DNA of 63,056 nt, filler included, from Choristocarpus tenellus KU-1152 (lineage: Eukaryota > Protista > Phaeophyceae): NCBI GenBank assembly GCA_964200185.2. It is 12 parts of 12 records of this genome, joined end to end, with 100 filler letters (N's around TTAATTAATTAA, not from the genome) between each part and the next. Parts side by side here need not be neighbours in the genome. Positions count along the whole stretch, not along the records: positions 7,616 to 12,122 come from CAXNAD020014237.1; positions 12,223 to 16,487 come from CAXNAD020015409.1; positions 16,588 to 23,856 come from CAXNAD020006433.1; positions 23,957 to 29,613 come from CAXNAD020010111.1; 8 more parts are not named here. The stretch is one strand, 5' to 3'. The notes beneath the pieces were generated by a model. It searched no databases, was not told the DNA's origin, and was given only the letters and a program-made list of their open reading frames with translations. The position numbers and the translations under genes were made by a program. Numbering within the stretch: position 1 is the first letter of the stretch; each line of letters begins with the position of its first letter. Shown piece by piece: positions 11,976 through 24,600 of this stretch.

Positions 11976-13349
11976 TAAGGTACCTACCCCGATTTTGTGC
12001 ACCCATGGGCATGCCCGAAAAAAGCGGCACAGAATTGATGTGGTACAATATCGGTTTTGTAGTAATTAGGGTTAGGGTTAGCTGGGAATCAATCGTCGAA
12101 GCGACTAATTAATCGTGGTGAGNNNNNNNNNNNNNNNNNNNNNNNNNNNNNNNNNNNNNNNNNNNNTTAATTAATTAANNNNNNNNNNNNNNNNNNNNNN
12201 NNNNNNNNNNNNNNNNNNNNNNCGCAACATTTACAAAAAAAAACATATCGGTACTTTTTACGCACCATTTTCAGTCAAACCCATCCTCAATAGTATGCTC
12301 CATCCTCAATTTTTAAAATCCACTGTTAATTGTACAAAATGGCATATCTTTTGCCCAATCTCTGGATACTTCAGATGCAAGCCTCTCAGTTTGATTCAAA
12401 ATACTGCTCACTGATGCTTTTTGCGCATCATCGTCATCAGGCGTCTAACAAGACAATTGTAAATGCGTACAGTGGTGGTGGTTGTCGTAGTAGTTGCAGT
12501 AGTTGTGGTTGGACTGAGTGACGGAGACACTGAAGGGATGGCCAAGGTCAAACCGCTCACTGTCGGCTGTGCCAATACAACATGATGAGAAGAACAGGTA
12601 CAAGTACTCACCACACAACAAGAACAACAAGAGGGGCGATAAACAACAATTCTTCAAACAATTCTTTGTACTACACCCACATGCCACCAAAATACCAAAT
12701 GCATGTGTGCAACCACAATAGCAGTCTGAGGTAACTCACAGAAAGGAGGAGAAAAATATTGAACGCAAAAAGACCCTAGTAATATAGATACCGTTTTATG
12801 ACACAAGCGAGGGGGGAGGGGGGTTGTAACAAAGGTTTTGTAGATGGAGGGTTGTTCTGATCTCTAAATTACGACAACAACCAGATTATGAATACGACAG
12901 GGCCATGAGGACAACAACAGCAAGAGTCACACATATTCATCAACGGTTTGTCTGTACCATGATGTCCGAGTACAGTGCCTTCTTGAACAAGTCTGAAGGC
13001 AGTGATGGTGCTTCAAACATTGATCAGACAAAGAGGTAGACAAATATTATTCCTATTATTATTATAACCCTAACAATAATGATAGTATTAATAATAATAT
13101 AGCACAATAGTATTAACAGTACTCATTTACTGAACATTTATCCCTAAGTCCCAGTCTTCGTTGTAGCAGTAGTAGTAGCTACAGCAGATTCCACTCGAGG
13201 TTGCCAATCATGCTCCTCCTTTCACTTGCCTCCCCGTGCCTTATTGATGAGTTCGAAAATATCTGGCAGTATTGGACCAAGTAAACAAGAGGTTACCTAT
13301 GTTTTGATCGTTTTACATCTTGAGGTGTTATTGAATCTTTCGCAATTCA

Positions 13350-13480
13350 GAGACAAAGTAAACGAGAGATACCCAGGCATTACCCTTTTTTAATTTTTAG
13401 TTTTTTTATCTTTCATTATTCACCCTTCTTTCTATGGATGAAGTGATAAGTTTGCTTGAGAACGTAGATTTCTCTGTTGT
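13350..13480 (+). mobile_element. MITE family A, partial copy
   Basis: GAGACAAAGTAAACGAGAGATACCCAGG...TTTCTATGGATGAAGTGATAAGTTTG matches 4178-4300. Confidence 0.7.
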
Positions 13481-13789
13481 TGCTGATTTCTTTCATATCT
13501 TTACTTCTTTCCAGCAATATACTCCTCGTAATAACATGAGTATATTCTATTATATACCCTCTAACATTTTGCATATATGTGAAGGAAAAACCAAGACTAC
13601 ATCACAAGGACTGCTGCAAATAAGTAGAACATTTGACGTCAATGCCTAGTCAACTCTCGAAAAAAATACTATTTGAAAACGATACAACCGTGACCTGTTA
13701 ATAGTTGTGCACTACAAAGTATGGTGTGCACTGTGGTGCTTCTAACCAAGGGGAGCCCTAACCCTAACCCTAAGCACTCCAAGAATTCT

Positions 13790-14700
13790 TCAGGCGCCTT
13801 CTTCCCCGCCTGCTTTGTGTCTCTAGCTTGAAATTGCGTGACGTGCTTCGAGAGAGCGACTTGTACAGTAACGGATATTATCTGTGTCAAATGGAACTTG
13901 ACAGCCCCTTTCCTGCAGTAACCTTCAGCCCCGTTCCTACTGCATGGGTGGCCAACTCATCCATTAAACTCTCTGCTTGCTTCCCAAAGCTCCCAAAACT
14001 TTCCACCAAGAAAGTGTTGAGGCTAAAACCATGAGGGTCAACAGCTTCCTTGTACTGGGAAAGGTTTCGTGCCTCAGCTGCAGCATCGACTACACTTTTG
14101 CTAGTGGGTGAATGCTGTAAGTGCTGCTTGGACCTATGCACGAGCAACATCCAGGAGGAGGCTAACGTCCCAGTAGGGAACTGAGTCGGGATCTGAAAGT
14201 ACCCCAGCATGAAACACCATATTCATGCGGAAATTCCGGTTCACCATAAACAGGCTTCCGTCCTCCATGGTGCAAGGGATACCCACTCACCAGTAAAGTT
14301 GACCTAGACGTTTGACATAGGCATGTGCTGGTGTCCTCCCACCCTAAAGCAGGTGTGGGCATGTAGGGTGCCAACATTGTGCCTCCTACACCCCAGCCAT
14401 CAGGCATCTGTTGGATTGGCCCTCCTCCCCCTCTAGTAATCTGCTGGCGGCGAGTCTCAACTCCAGAGGAGGAATCCAGTGTGCTGGTTTTGAGGGTTAT
14501 GTGGGGACCCATGCATTGGCCACTTGACCTCACAGGCTCTGGTGACTGGCTGGAACTAGCAAAAGGACTTTCCCTCCCTCGTTCCTCTGTAGTATGGACG
14601 CCTGGTACAGGAGCAAAGGTTTTTCCTACCCATTCTACCTAACCTTGACTGATAATTCTCGCTAAGTACTCCAAAGGGATTCCTGGTGAGAGAAAGCTGT
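13790..14700 (-). mobile_element. 3' remnant of a CRE/RLE-type non-LTR retrotransposon
   Basis: Frameshifted fragments HAHTCFRVGGHQH (zinc-finger-like), FRMNMVF...LLLDV, AAAEARNLSQY...FLVESFGSFGKQAESLMDELA and ISVTVQVALS resemble the restriction-like endonuclease C-terminus of CRE-clade elements. Confidence 0.65.
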
Positions 14701-15231
14701 AGATCGACGATCCTAGGACCTGGAATGTGGAGCTCACACAAATGACCTGGGTAACTACCTCTGCATGGGTCCTACTCATATTTATTATTCCAAACCTCTA
14801 ATCCTAACCCTGACCCAACCCTAACCCTAACCTTAAAATATCAATAGAATAAGTTGCAACAACAAATACAACAGGGGTTTGTTTGTCTTACGAACCTCCC
14901 CACCTCTATGCCCACCTCCCGCATATACTTCTACTCTAAACATTGACATACACCAACTACACCAAACTGCTTCAGAAACTTTGAATAATTTTAGTGTTTG
15001 TTGTTCGTGATACTTCCAACTACGAACCAAAATAAAATCATACTAAATACTCAAGTAGGTGCAACGTAATTTATCGCCATATTCCAGTCCACATGTATCC
15101 CTGTTTTGGACCATACCCTTCAGTTCCAGCATTTGATGTTTATGTGGCCTTTCAGAATAATCATCGTTATGTGTGACTTGAGTTGAGTGTTTGTGTCCAT
15201 TCGGTTTTCATAAAACGCCGCTGGTGTTGTT

Positions 15232-15478
15232 CTCTTCGATTTCCTTGGCTTCTGGAACTGGATGTGATTGGTTCTTTTTTATCTTGTGTAGACAAGAAAA
15301 TATTATGATTGATTGTTTTCCCTTCCGTTCCTTTGATTTTCTCTTCCTTTTCCTCTTCGATTTCCTTGGCTTCTGGAACTGGATGTGATTGGTTCTTTTT
15401 TATCTTGTGTAGACAAGAAAATATTATGATTGATTGTTTTCCCTTCCGTTCCTTTGATTTTCTCTTCCTTTTCCTCTT
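15232..15478. repeat. Perfect 121-bp tandem duplication
   Basis: Unit CTCTTCGATTTCCTTGG...TTCCTTTTC starts at 15232 and at 15353. Confidence 0.9.
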
Positions 15479-16421
15479 GCGTCGCCTTGCGTCTTCTGTC
15501 ACCTCTCTCGTTTGCCCTTGTTTTTTTAGGAGGATAGCTTAATCAGATCGGATATGCTCCTTTCTTTGCATACGGAAGAGTCTCATTGGAGATATCGCTA
15601 GGGATAAGAAGCGACGGTTTGCATCAAGAGTGAGGCGACGACGACACATCTTCAAAGCTCCCCTTGAAGCGCGACCAAGTTTTGTCTTTTTTTAAGAGAA
15701 TAGTAGAAATCTCTTCAACCTTACTCTTGCTTGCGCCAAGAATATATGGTCCTCGACTTCACGACCGAAAGCATTTCCTTGCGTCACCAGATAAATTTGT
15801 GTGTTCTGTGGATCTGATTTGTTTTATTTCTTCCTTTCGTCCAATAGGCTGGGACTCTTTCTTCTATGCTTCTCCTCAATTCCTCGCAACTTTCAAGGTG
15901 TTTTTGGACCAGAATTGATCGATTATCCTCTCAACTAAGGTTAAAGCTGAAACCGTAAAGAATCCCGAACACTTTTGGTATTTCTTTAAAAACAAGTTCT
16001 TATTGGTTATCAGTACTGAGAATTCTTTGATACTAAAGCAAAACAAAACATACAAAGTTGTTCATGCGCAAGCTCAACTCTTGTTCGATTAGACTCATCC
16101 AACTCTATCGGACAGTTGTGGTATACTGTACATGGAGTAAGAGAACAATCACTAGTGATTAAGTTATCAGAACCTTATATTGGTGATTAGCTGTATGAGA
16201 ACATTTCTCATATAAATGGAAACATTTATTATTTTATGGGGTGCTGCATGCCCCACTTAACGTTAATCACTCGACAGAGATCAAGCAATCTCCCATGGGT
16301 GTATTATTCTTGATGATTTGAGCGATACTTAAACTCTCTGCCAATACTTTCTTTTCACAGTTACCAATAGTTGCTGGACACGTCTACCTTGGTTTCCTTG
16401 CCCAGGTTCTAAAGTTGGCTC

Positions 16422-16487
16422 AAAGTATCTGGGGGGGGTAGCGGCTGTCCATTTGGAGCCAATTTTTCATGTCTCGATTTTTGGGTG
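16422..16487 (+). mobile_element. G-rich-ended MITE family H, truncated at contig end
   Basis: AAGTATCTGGGGGGGG...GGCTGTCCATTTGG...ATTTTTGGGTG is shared with 41322-41489, 47463-47549 and inverted 49662-49848. Confidence 0.7.
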
Positions 16488-17642
16488 NNNNNNNNNNNNN
16501 NNNNNNNNNNNNNNNNNNNNNNNNNNNNNNNTTAATTAATTAANNNNNNNNNNNNNNNNNNNNNNNNNNNNNNNNNNNNNNNNNNNNCCCCCACCACGAA
16601 GATAGTATGGTGAACCAAGGTGAGACGACTCGAAGGATGCAGGCACACCTCATGCTGATTTGTTGCATAAAGAAATCCAGACCTCCAAAGATTGCACGAA
16701 GTGCAGATAAGCCCCCCCCCCCGGTAGCAATGAAGCGACGGCAACCACACTGCTGAGTTGACCTCAATGAAACACAAAAACTGAACAGTCCTCATCCCTT
16801 CAAAAGTGTTATTTTTTTTTCACAGTGTGCACCAACCCTGAGCCATATATAACGTAGAAAATCTCCTCTCACTCATAAGAATGAGTTTACTACTGTTTTT
16901 ACATCACTGTTGTACTGATGAAGCACAGAAGCATTGCCCAACATCCTGATCCCTTCACAGCACATACCCTTTGGCCAAAGTTAGACGGCTGGGCAGGTTG
17001 AATGGAAAAGATTACAAACAGATACAGGAGTACTTTCTGCATTGCCAACAGCTCAGAGCACTCAAAACCAGCAGAAGCTGCTACCAAATGAAGCTAATAT
17101 CTGGGGTGAAATATATACGAAAGTGGTGGAAAATGAAAAATATGAAAGGTTGAAACCGGGAACAAACTGTGCCTGAGCCTCTAGGTCGAAAAAAAAGGCT
17201 CGAGTTCTTGGCCCAAGAGAGGAAAATGATACCGGCAATGAAGGCCACTCAATGTTTCAACATGCCATGCGGTCAATATGTAGTAACTTGCTGAGTGAAC
17301 ACGTCGCACCAACAACAGTCAGATGCTCTTGCGGGTATGTGCCAAAAAACGTGCGCAATTTCAAATTTCAACTGAAGTACACCGGAAAAGCACAAAAAAA
17401 GAGGTAGGTGGAAGGTGCTGAATTGTTTTGTTTGGGAACAAGCAAGTAGACCACGAATCACAGTGAAGAGAACCTGGGTACACAGAAAGAGCACTTTTAG
17501 CACGGGTGGGGAAAGGAAGGAAGGTTTTAAAGGGGAATAAAAAGAAAGATTATGAAGGGAGTCGGCACTCAGCGGAAGCAAAGGCTTGTTTCAGCCAGGG
17601 GCTGTCCGCAGCGCTTCCTCCCTTCATCAGGTGTGCACGCAC

Positions 17643-18668
17643 CCCTCATCACCACGAACATCCGCATAGGTGACGTCGCCAGCCTTGCGAACGAAATCCT
17701 TAAGCTCAGACCAGCGAACGCCTTCGGGGAGACCCCTGATGCGGACCTTGAACCCTGTGCGGGGGGGTGCACCACCCCCTCGTCCAAATCCACTGTAACC
17801 TCCATATCCACCACCATAACCACCCCCTCCAAATCCACCACCTCCACCTCCACGGTCACGACCCCTTTGGTGAGACTGAGCGATTGGCGCATAGTTTGGG
17901 GAAGTAAAGAAAATTAACAATTTGGTCCAGCAACGATGTAAGTCCAAACTTACATTGAAAATATTGAAATATGATGTAGGGGAGAAGATAATCTTCACGA
18001 GATACATCGTAGAACATGAGGAGCAAAGGTGAAGGTGATACAAATGGATTTCGGTGTATTTTTTAACGAAGTTCATGGCAACACACTGCCCATAGGATAT
18101 CTACCTACCATACGTCAAAAGAAGTTTGCTCAAATATTACAGAATAAACCCTTTTGAAAATCTACAAACCTGCACTTACAATCTCTACTCTCCACTCGCG
18201 TCCAGCAATACTCTTGCCATCCAGCTCACGCACAGCGTCGTTCGCATCACGATCATCAGCAAACCATACGAACGCAAAACCTGGTGGGTTGCGGGCAACC
18301 CACACCTGTGGTGACGGAAGATCAATGGAAGGTTGTCAAGTCATGTACTATACTATTGTGCAGGGTAGAGAAAAGTGGCAAAGGCAAGTTTGATTACTCT
18401 GGGTCTTTCGAAGAGACAAGGAGAAGGCCAACCGCCCGACACACATCTGTGAGAAAACTAATTTCAAAATTTGATAAACGACGGAGCTGGCACCCAGGCC
18501 ACCAAGATCACAGAGAAATGCTTCTCTCGCAAGAAAATCTACTCGGGTCTTCGCAGCACGCACCTTGTTTAGTTCGCCGAACCTGGTAAATTCGTCCCGC
18601 AGGTCGCGTTCTTCACACGTACTGCCCAAATTGCCTACCCAAACTTTGCATCCTGGAACATCCCCCAT
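17643..18668 (-). CDS. Serine/arginine-rich splicing factor (RRM + Gly linker + pseudo-RRM), first three exons, 3'-partial
   Basis: Exons 18668-18564, 18305-18180 and 17875-17643, all GT-AG and phase-compatible: [15 protein letters not shown]...NK|[30 protein letters not shown]...VEI|[12 protein letters not shown]...[40 protein letters not shown]. Confidence 0.93.
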
Positions 18669-19014
18669 GATTTCACGAGATGAAATAGACAGTCCGTCTA
18701 CAGGAGGAAATGGATGTTAGGGTAACAATTTTCCGTCTTTTCCTAACACTTCCCCTCCCTCTTCTTGATGTTTGAGCGAGTGGTGAATGGTGGTGAAGGC
18801 AAGAAATCGAAACGTTAATAATTTGTGTTGAGTATATACAGCTCCCTCTAAATAAATTAACTTTTTGAGATATATATTCTAGGTTTGGGAATGTCGCGCG
18901 TCAATCTCGCGATGATGGTTCCACGATCTATCATCACCTATTCTTATCAAAACATAACCACACCACCAACATACACAACATTATAATTACTGTCCTAGTT
19001 TGCGCTCCTCAATC
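18669..19014. promoter_or_regulatory. Short divergent intergenic region, likely bidirectional promoter
   Basis: 346 bp between the SR ATG (18668, minus) and the IST1 ATG (19015, plus). Confidence 0.6.
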
Positions 19015-22000
19015 ATGTCTAAGCTTTTTAAGTCAGCCGGGAAATCGACAGGGCTTATATTTGATGAAAATAAGGTGATTTCCAGGGGTATAGAGTCAAT
19101 GCTCGGAACAAGAGGCAATGCACAGCATCTCCTCCAGATTCCGGACCAATACGTCAACTTGTTTATCACAAGGCCCTATTCACCCTCTTCTATTCCAACA
19201 GGCGTTTAAAATCTTGAAATTATGAATGTTGCGTTGGAATCATTGCCTTGAACGAAGTGAATTTTCTGGCGCTCTTATGCTCGATGAGGCTCATCGGAAG
19301 TTGTCCAGTTGTTGAAGGGGACTGTTCGGTCTCCATGGTTGAGGCGTTGCTGGTGTGATGTACTGGCCGTGGTACTGACAAAAACATAGTCGACACTTAC
19401 AAACAAATAATCTTCAGAAACCGGATGACTGCCTCTCTCCCCATCTCATCCAGGCGAAGCCTCACCTCAAGATGGCAATACAGCAAATTCAAATACAGTC
19501 CAACAAGAAGATGAATAGCGGTAAGAAGGATGCCGAATCTAATCCTTACAGCAGATCGAAAGGGAAGATGGCGTTACAAATTCATTTTGTGCATATTTAT
19601 AGCCCACCAACTGCATGTTGAAGTCAACTGGACTGACACCCTGTCCAGAACTTTGTTGTGTTCCTCCTTAGCACACTCATAGTCACCGCAACTACCGCCT
19701 GCAGCATAGCTTCTTCCTGTTCTTAATCGAACTATGCACTCGATTTGTGGATACGTGCATGATGGTCGGCAACCCTGAAGTTTCGTTTGTATGCATTTAT
19801 TGTGTCTTTCAAGAGCTGCTTACCTGTGCTTGCAGTTTTGCATCTGATGCCTTGCGTGATTCTCGATGCCTTGAAAACGTGAGAAACTGGTACAACGCAC
19901 GGTACGACCATATTCTCATTAAGCCAAGCAGGCCAACACGTTGATCACTTGGCGGAGTCGCCCATACAGTATTAGTTAGGTCAGACCTGGTTATTTGAAC
20001 AAAGCCAAGAACGCTACAAGCCATCTCGCATGCCTGTCAGACAACACCCCCTATTCTCAATTCCGATTGGACATGTTCCTTCTCCAGAAGAACTGTCTTC
20101 GCTAATCAATACGCTTTAGCACCATAACCAAATTTTGCTGCTATCCCTTGACATCAAATGCTTCGCATCTATTTCTCTTTTCCCTCAGTCCTCAAGCCAG
20201 CTGTGCTTCAGCAGACTTGCATAATTGTTACGTCATAGTTGTGTTATATTGATTCTTCTTATAGTTAGTGAAAATGGACTCGAAAAGCAGCTCTCGAAAT
20301 AGATCTGTTCTGGCAATACAATACCCACGCTCCAACCCCATCCTCTTCTTCATGGAATCTGAAATGTTTTGTATGCTCAACAGTGAAGAGCAAAAGGAGC
20401 AGGATTGCAGGGCTGCTGAGAGATGACAAGGAGGAGAGTGCACGTGTAATGGTGGAGCAGGTGGCCATGATTTTTTTTTGCGCAATGCTCCTCTTCCCTT
20501 TGGTACATGGAATTACATGTTGATATTTGCTTCCACCACAGTATGTATGCTCTGGCGAGTTGTGCTCCTGGTTCAATGTACCTAAGAAATTGCTTGTGGC
20601 AAATGTAGCATTTGTCACTTGTCAGATAGCTCCATCCAGCTTGCATGTGACTACTTTCGATCTTGCATTGTTCTGGTCACTCTCATCAACAGCAGTGATT
20701 GTATTGGTTTTGGGGGGATGAGGAACCTGAATGGGAAAAGAGTTAAACCAATCTGCCCTTTTCCCGAAGATATAGTTGCTGCTGTAGATGTACAATGCAC
20801 CAATAGTTTTCTTTATAACCATCAGTCTAAGAAACAGTTATGTCTTACTCAGGTCATTAGAGACTGCGATACACTGAGGGCTTATGAAGTTCTTGAGCCA
20901 CAATGTGCTCTCTTGGTAGAGCGAATGCGTCATATTGTGGGCCAGAAAGAGTGCCCAAGGGACATCCAGCAGGCAGTGTGTACAGTGATCTGGGTTGCTG
21001 ACAAGGGCGAGGTGAGCAGGGTTGGATTTGTGAGATGGTGACGCGAAAACCTAAAGGAAGTGTATGTCATAGTGGGCCACTTTCTTTGAAGGTAGGGGGC
21101 TTGAGGTGGATAGTGGCAGGAAAGAGTGGTGAGGTGGTTGCTTTCTACTGTAGGAGTATATCTTATTACAGGGTTTGCTTTTGCAAGGAAGGCGAGGGTA
21201 GGAGCGACTAGGGAGGTCTGTTGTTTATGTTCCAGGTCTGTGAACATCTGCGCTTCACGCACCTATTGAATTTTGACTGCATCTCTGTGAGACTTGATTT
21301 TTGTCAATGTTGCTGGGGGTGGGGTTAGTGGAAATGTGCTGGTATCTTAACAGTGTAGTAGAACCTAGCCATCAGAGTTGCCAGGCGCGGAATAGTTAGG
21401 AAGAGACCACTAGGTTAAGAAGATGGCAATGCTTACGCGGGGAAGACCATTTTTAGTTCTTAATCCCAAACAGTCACTATCTTCTTTCCTGCTTTGTCTT
21501 TTTCCCACTGGCACTCCTTTTCAATAGATTTCTCAGCTGTCAGATGTAAAGAAGCAGTTCAAGATCAAGTACGGGAAAGAGTTCATCCGCATTGCAGAGG
21601 AGAATGAGGGCGGCTGTGTGAATCAGACTGTTGTAGAGATGCTTCGGGTAGCTGTGCCCAGTCCATACTCTATCCAGGTAAACATGAAGGGTTTTTTTTG
21701 TGGGGGGGAGGGTTAACAACTGTAGTGGTGTACATGTTTTAGGTGGGCTTACTTTGGAGCAGTTGCAAGGAGGTAGTTACGCATCCGGCACTCTGTGTAG
21801 GTCATGGGCCTTGTTCTGCATTGAACGAAGTGTGTGTTGCGCATGTATGCACATAGGACCTGTTTTAACTTCCGAAGTGTTGTTTTAAGGAGTCCTTGCC
21901 CCTGAGCGTTTTACTGCGAGGGGGGTTCAGTGTTTTCGATATTTTTGGTACTGTGTTCTTTATCTGCGGAGATAGTAGAGTTGGATATCCCTCGCGTGCA

Positions 22001-22935
22001 CCTTACCAACCACTGCAAGCTATCGACAACTTGGTTGCAAGGCACCACTTCGTGCCAGGGTTAAAGCAGACAAAAATAGCAAAGTGGGAGGGTGTTTTTT
22101 ACACTCGACTTCACTGTTTCGCGTCGCATTTTTTTTCTTCTTATGACTTTAGTGAAGTTTTTTTTTTGTGTGTGTGTGTGTGTGTGCTTACTATTGATGA
22201 TCTACGTAAAAGAGTAAGAGAATCGAAGCGAATAATTGTCCCAACTAAGACAGGGTGTTGTTGTGTTTGTTAGAAACATGGTTTTCAGTTTTCTCCCTCT
22301 GGTCTGTCTCTTGGTCCCCTCTCCTGTTCCCCTGTACTCTGTAGTAAATAGTTTTATCTCAAGCACCCAATTTTGCATTCACCTTCGCCTGATCTTCGCC
22401 CTCCCCTCCCCCCCAACTTGTCTTTCAACCATGAACTCATCGGAGTGAACAGGATTACCTTGTGGATATAGCAACCCAGTATGAAGTGAACTGGGCTCCT
22501 TCAGAGTTCCAGGTTCCGCAAGAGCATACAGAAAACAAACCAAGTGGGGGGGGGGGGAAACACACGAGACTTACCCGGTGAGTGGATTTCGGACCAGCCT
22601 TACCCAGGAGAGTGATTGTTTACAGGCAGTACTTGCTGTCGGCCTTGGCTGAATTCGCCACACACTGGGTTGGTTCTCTGTATAAAGAGGGTGGTCCGAG
22701 TCGCTGTTTTTAATTTATCTGGTGGGAGGCAAGTTCGACACCGGCGTTAGTGAACACGGATTGAGGTCAAGCATAACCACCTACACTATCAATTCCAAGG
22801 TGTAGTGCACTGTACCATACTGTGGTGAAGTACTTTTGCATGGTACCAATCAAGGTGTGTCCAGCGGCCCAAGTGTTTTCGTGTAGATGGTTGAGATCAG
22901 CGTTCAGACGCTTTGACCCCCACTGCCATTCTGTC

Positions 22936-22972
<37 letters not shown>

Positions 22973-23856
22973 AAAAAAACAAACTATCCTTCAAGGTGCA
23001 AATGGCAATGATTGGAGGGTGTGCATCTTCTTGATGAGCTGTTGTATTCTGTGTATGGCACCGGTCGTGTAATCTCTGTAGAGTCTGGGGGATGAACTTG
23101 TGACTTCTCTTTGGGTCATCAAATGGTTTGAAGTCACTCGGGAGTGACGTTTTTTTTTTTTAAGATTGAGAATGATCTTGATAGTACGCCCTCTTGGGTG
23201 CATTGTATAGATTACTTTTTTTTAAGCAGGGAGTGCAAGCAAGGGAGTGTTGGGTATGGAAGATCACGTGGGGACTAGTTAGTGGGACGGTTAAGGTACA
23301 CCTGGCCAAGGTGTTCTTGTGAGGGTATGTTTCCAAGTCTGTGTCTGGTGACTCCCTCTGTTCTGGAGGTAAGAAAGTAATGCCTTCTATCGTACAAAGG
23401 TCTGCATTTTGTGTGTGGCAGTCTTAGAGGTTTTCTGTTAGAGTAGAAGTACAACTGAAAATATCTATTTGGCATCTCTTTTCTGGCTTTGTTATGAGGA
23501 GTGATTTCTATCCTCTGCTCAAGAAATTGCCTGCTGTTGTTAGAGCTAATACTAGCAGAGTTAAAGCTGAAAATGTACGAGATATGCGAAGTCCAAAAAC
23601 TCCGAACTCCTTTGTTCTCTTTTCAGTCTTTATTTAGTCCACCATGATCGTGTGTACCTTACATACGCAACATATATATATGTGTATACAATACATTCAT
23701 GTGCCTATTGCAGATTCCTGATTTCTAGCAGTAAATGCCCTTCTCAAGCCTTAACCCCTTCACTCCAACTCTTCTAACAGTCACAAGGCGAAACGTACCC
23801 CCCCAGTGGCATCGGGGGCACGCTGGAGGGTAGAGGAGTCCCTGTGTCACCTGTTG
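19015..23856 (+). CDS. IST1: IST1-like ESCRT-III protein (regulator of Vps4), 3'-partial
   Basis: Exons 19015-19074, 19454-19520, 20384-20460, 20853-21011, 21528-21677, 22453-22512 and probably 23781-contig end, all GT-AG and in frame: FDENK|AKPHLKMAIQQIQ...KEESARVMVEQ|VIRD..AYEVLEPQCALLVERM..KECPRDIQQAVCTVIW..|ISQLSDVKKQFKIKYGKEF...|DYLVDIATQYEVNW, matching Ist1 domain motifs. Confidence 0.9.
22688..22970 (+). mobile_element. Possible tRNA-derived SINE in an IST1 intron with (GT)n tail
   Basis: A-box-like GGTGGTCCGAGTCG, B-box-like AGTTCGACACC, ends in about (GT)15. Confidence 0.35.
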
Positions 23857-23956
23857 NNNNNNNNNNNNNNNNNNNNNNNNNNNNNNNNNNNNNNNNNNNN
23901 TTAATTAATTAANNNNNNNNNNNNNNNNNNNNNNNNNNNNNNNNNNNNNNNNNNNN

Positions 23957-24600
23957 AATTTTCACAAAAATAGATGAGACCTGCACCTATGTCAAGGAGT
24001 ACCTGGGCAAGCATTCTCGAGTGGACTCTATGTGGGTGACATGGCAGGGCATATATTGATACTTGACTAGTACAATGGTCAGTGTCATGGCGAATATTAT
24101 CGAGGTGGGAATGAAAGTCTTGCCTATAGTTGCAATGATGTGGATCGCCGGGCTTCAGACTCCATGGCGCAACTTCAAGACGACTCTGCGACATCCGAAA
24201 ACGGTTGGGCTTCTCGCGGATAGTGGAGAAAGTTTCGAGTGTTGCATCGCTGCTAGGTATCGGAGATTCGTTTCTATTAAGGCTACCATCGACGAGACAC
24301 TGGAGTATAGATTGAGTACCAGGAGGTCCTCGGTGGGTTCCGGAAAGGTATGAGTGGATTCCTCTGGGAACTAACGAGTAGCATTACGTATACCTGCACT
24401 CATCAGTTATAGACGTGAAGCAGTCTTGATTAGAGGCATGATGAAAGCAAACTTGGTGCGCCTTTAGCCATATGTCGACTTCGTCTTGTTGAGGTAGAAG
24501 ATGGAGGTAAGCATTTGCACTCTTCCCAATCTAGAACTAAGTCTCATCCAGAGGATTTATCCAGTGGGTCATTCCTGGGCGAGAATGGAGCTTGCAAAAG
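23957..24600 (-). mobile_element. Possible Ty3/gypsy gag-protease remnant
   Basis: AQVLLDIGAGLIYF resembles the retropepsin LLD(T/S)GA motif. Otherwise degenerate. Confidence 0.3.

Noticed and set aside
12518-13036. Two phase-compatible candidate exons (12519-12597, 12901-13035)
   Set aside because: Splice-like boundaries exist, but the product is not recognisable and the acceptors are weak.
16588-17642. Fourth exon or poison exon of the SR gene
   Set aside because: No segment encodes the expected rest of RRM2 or an RS domain. Candidate stop-containing exons cannot be supported without RNA data.
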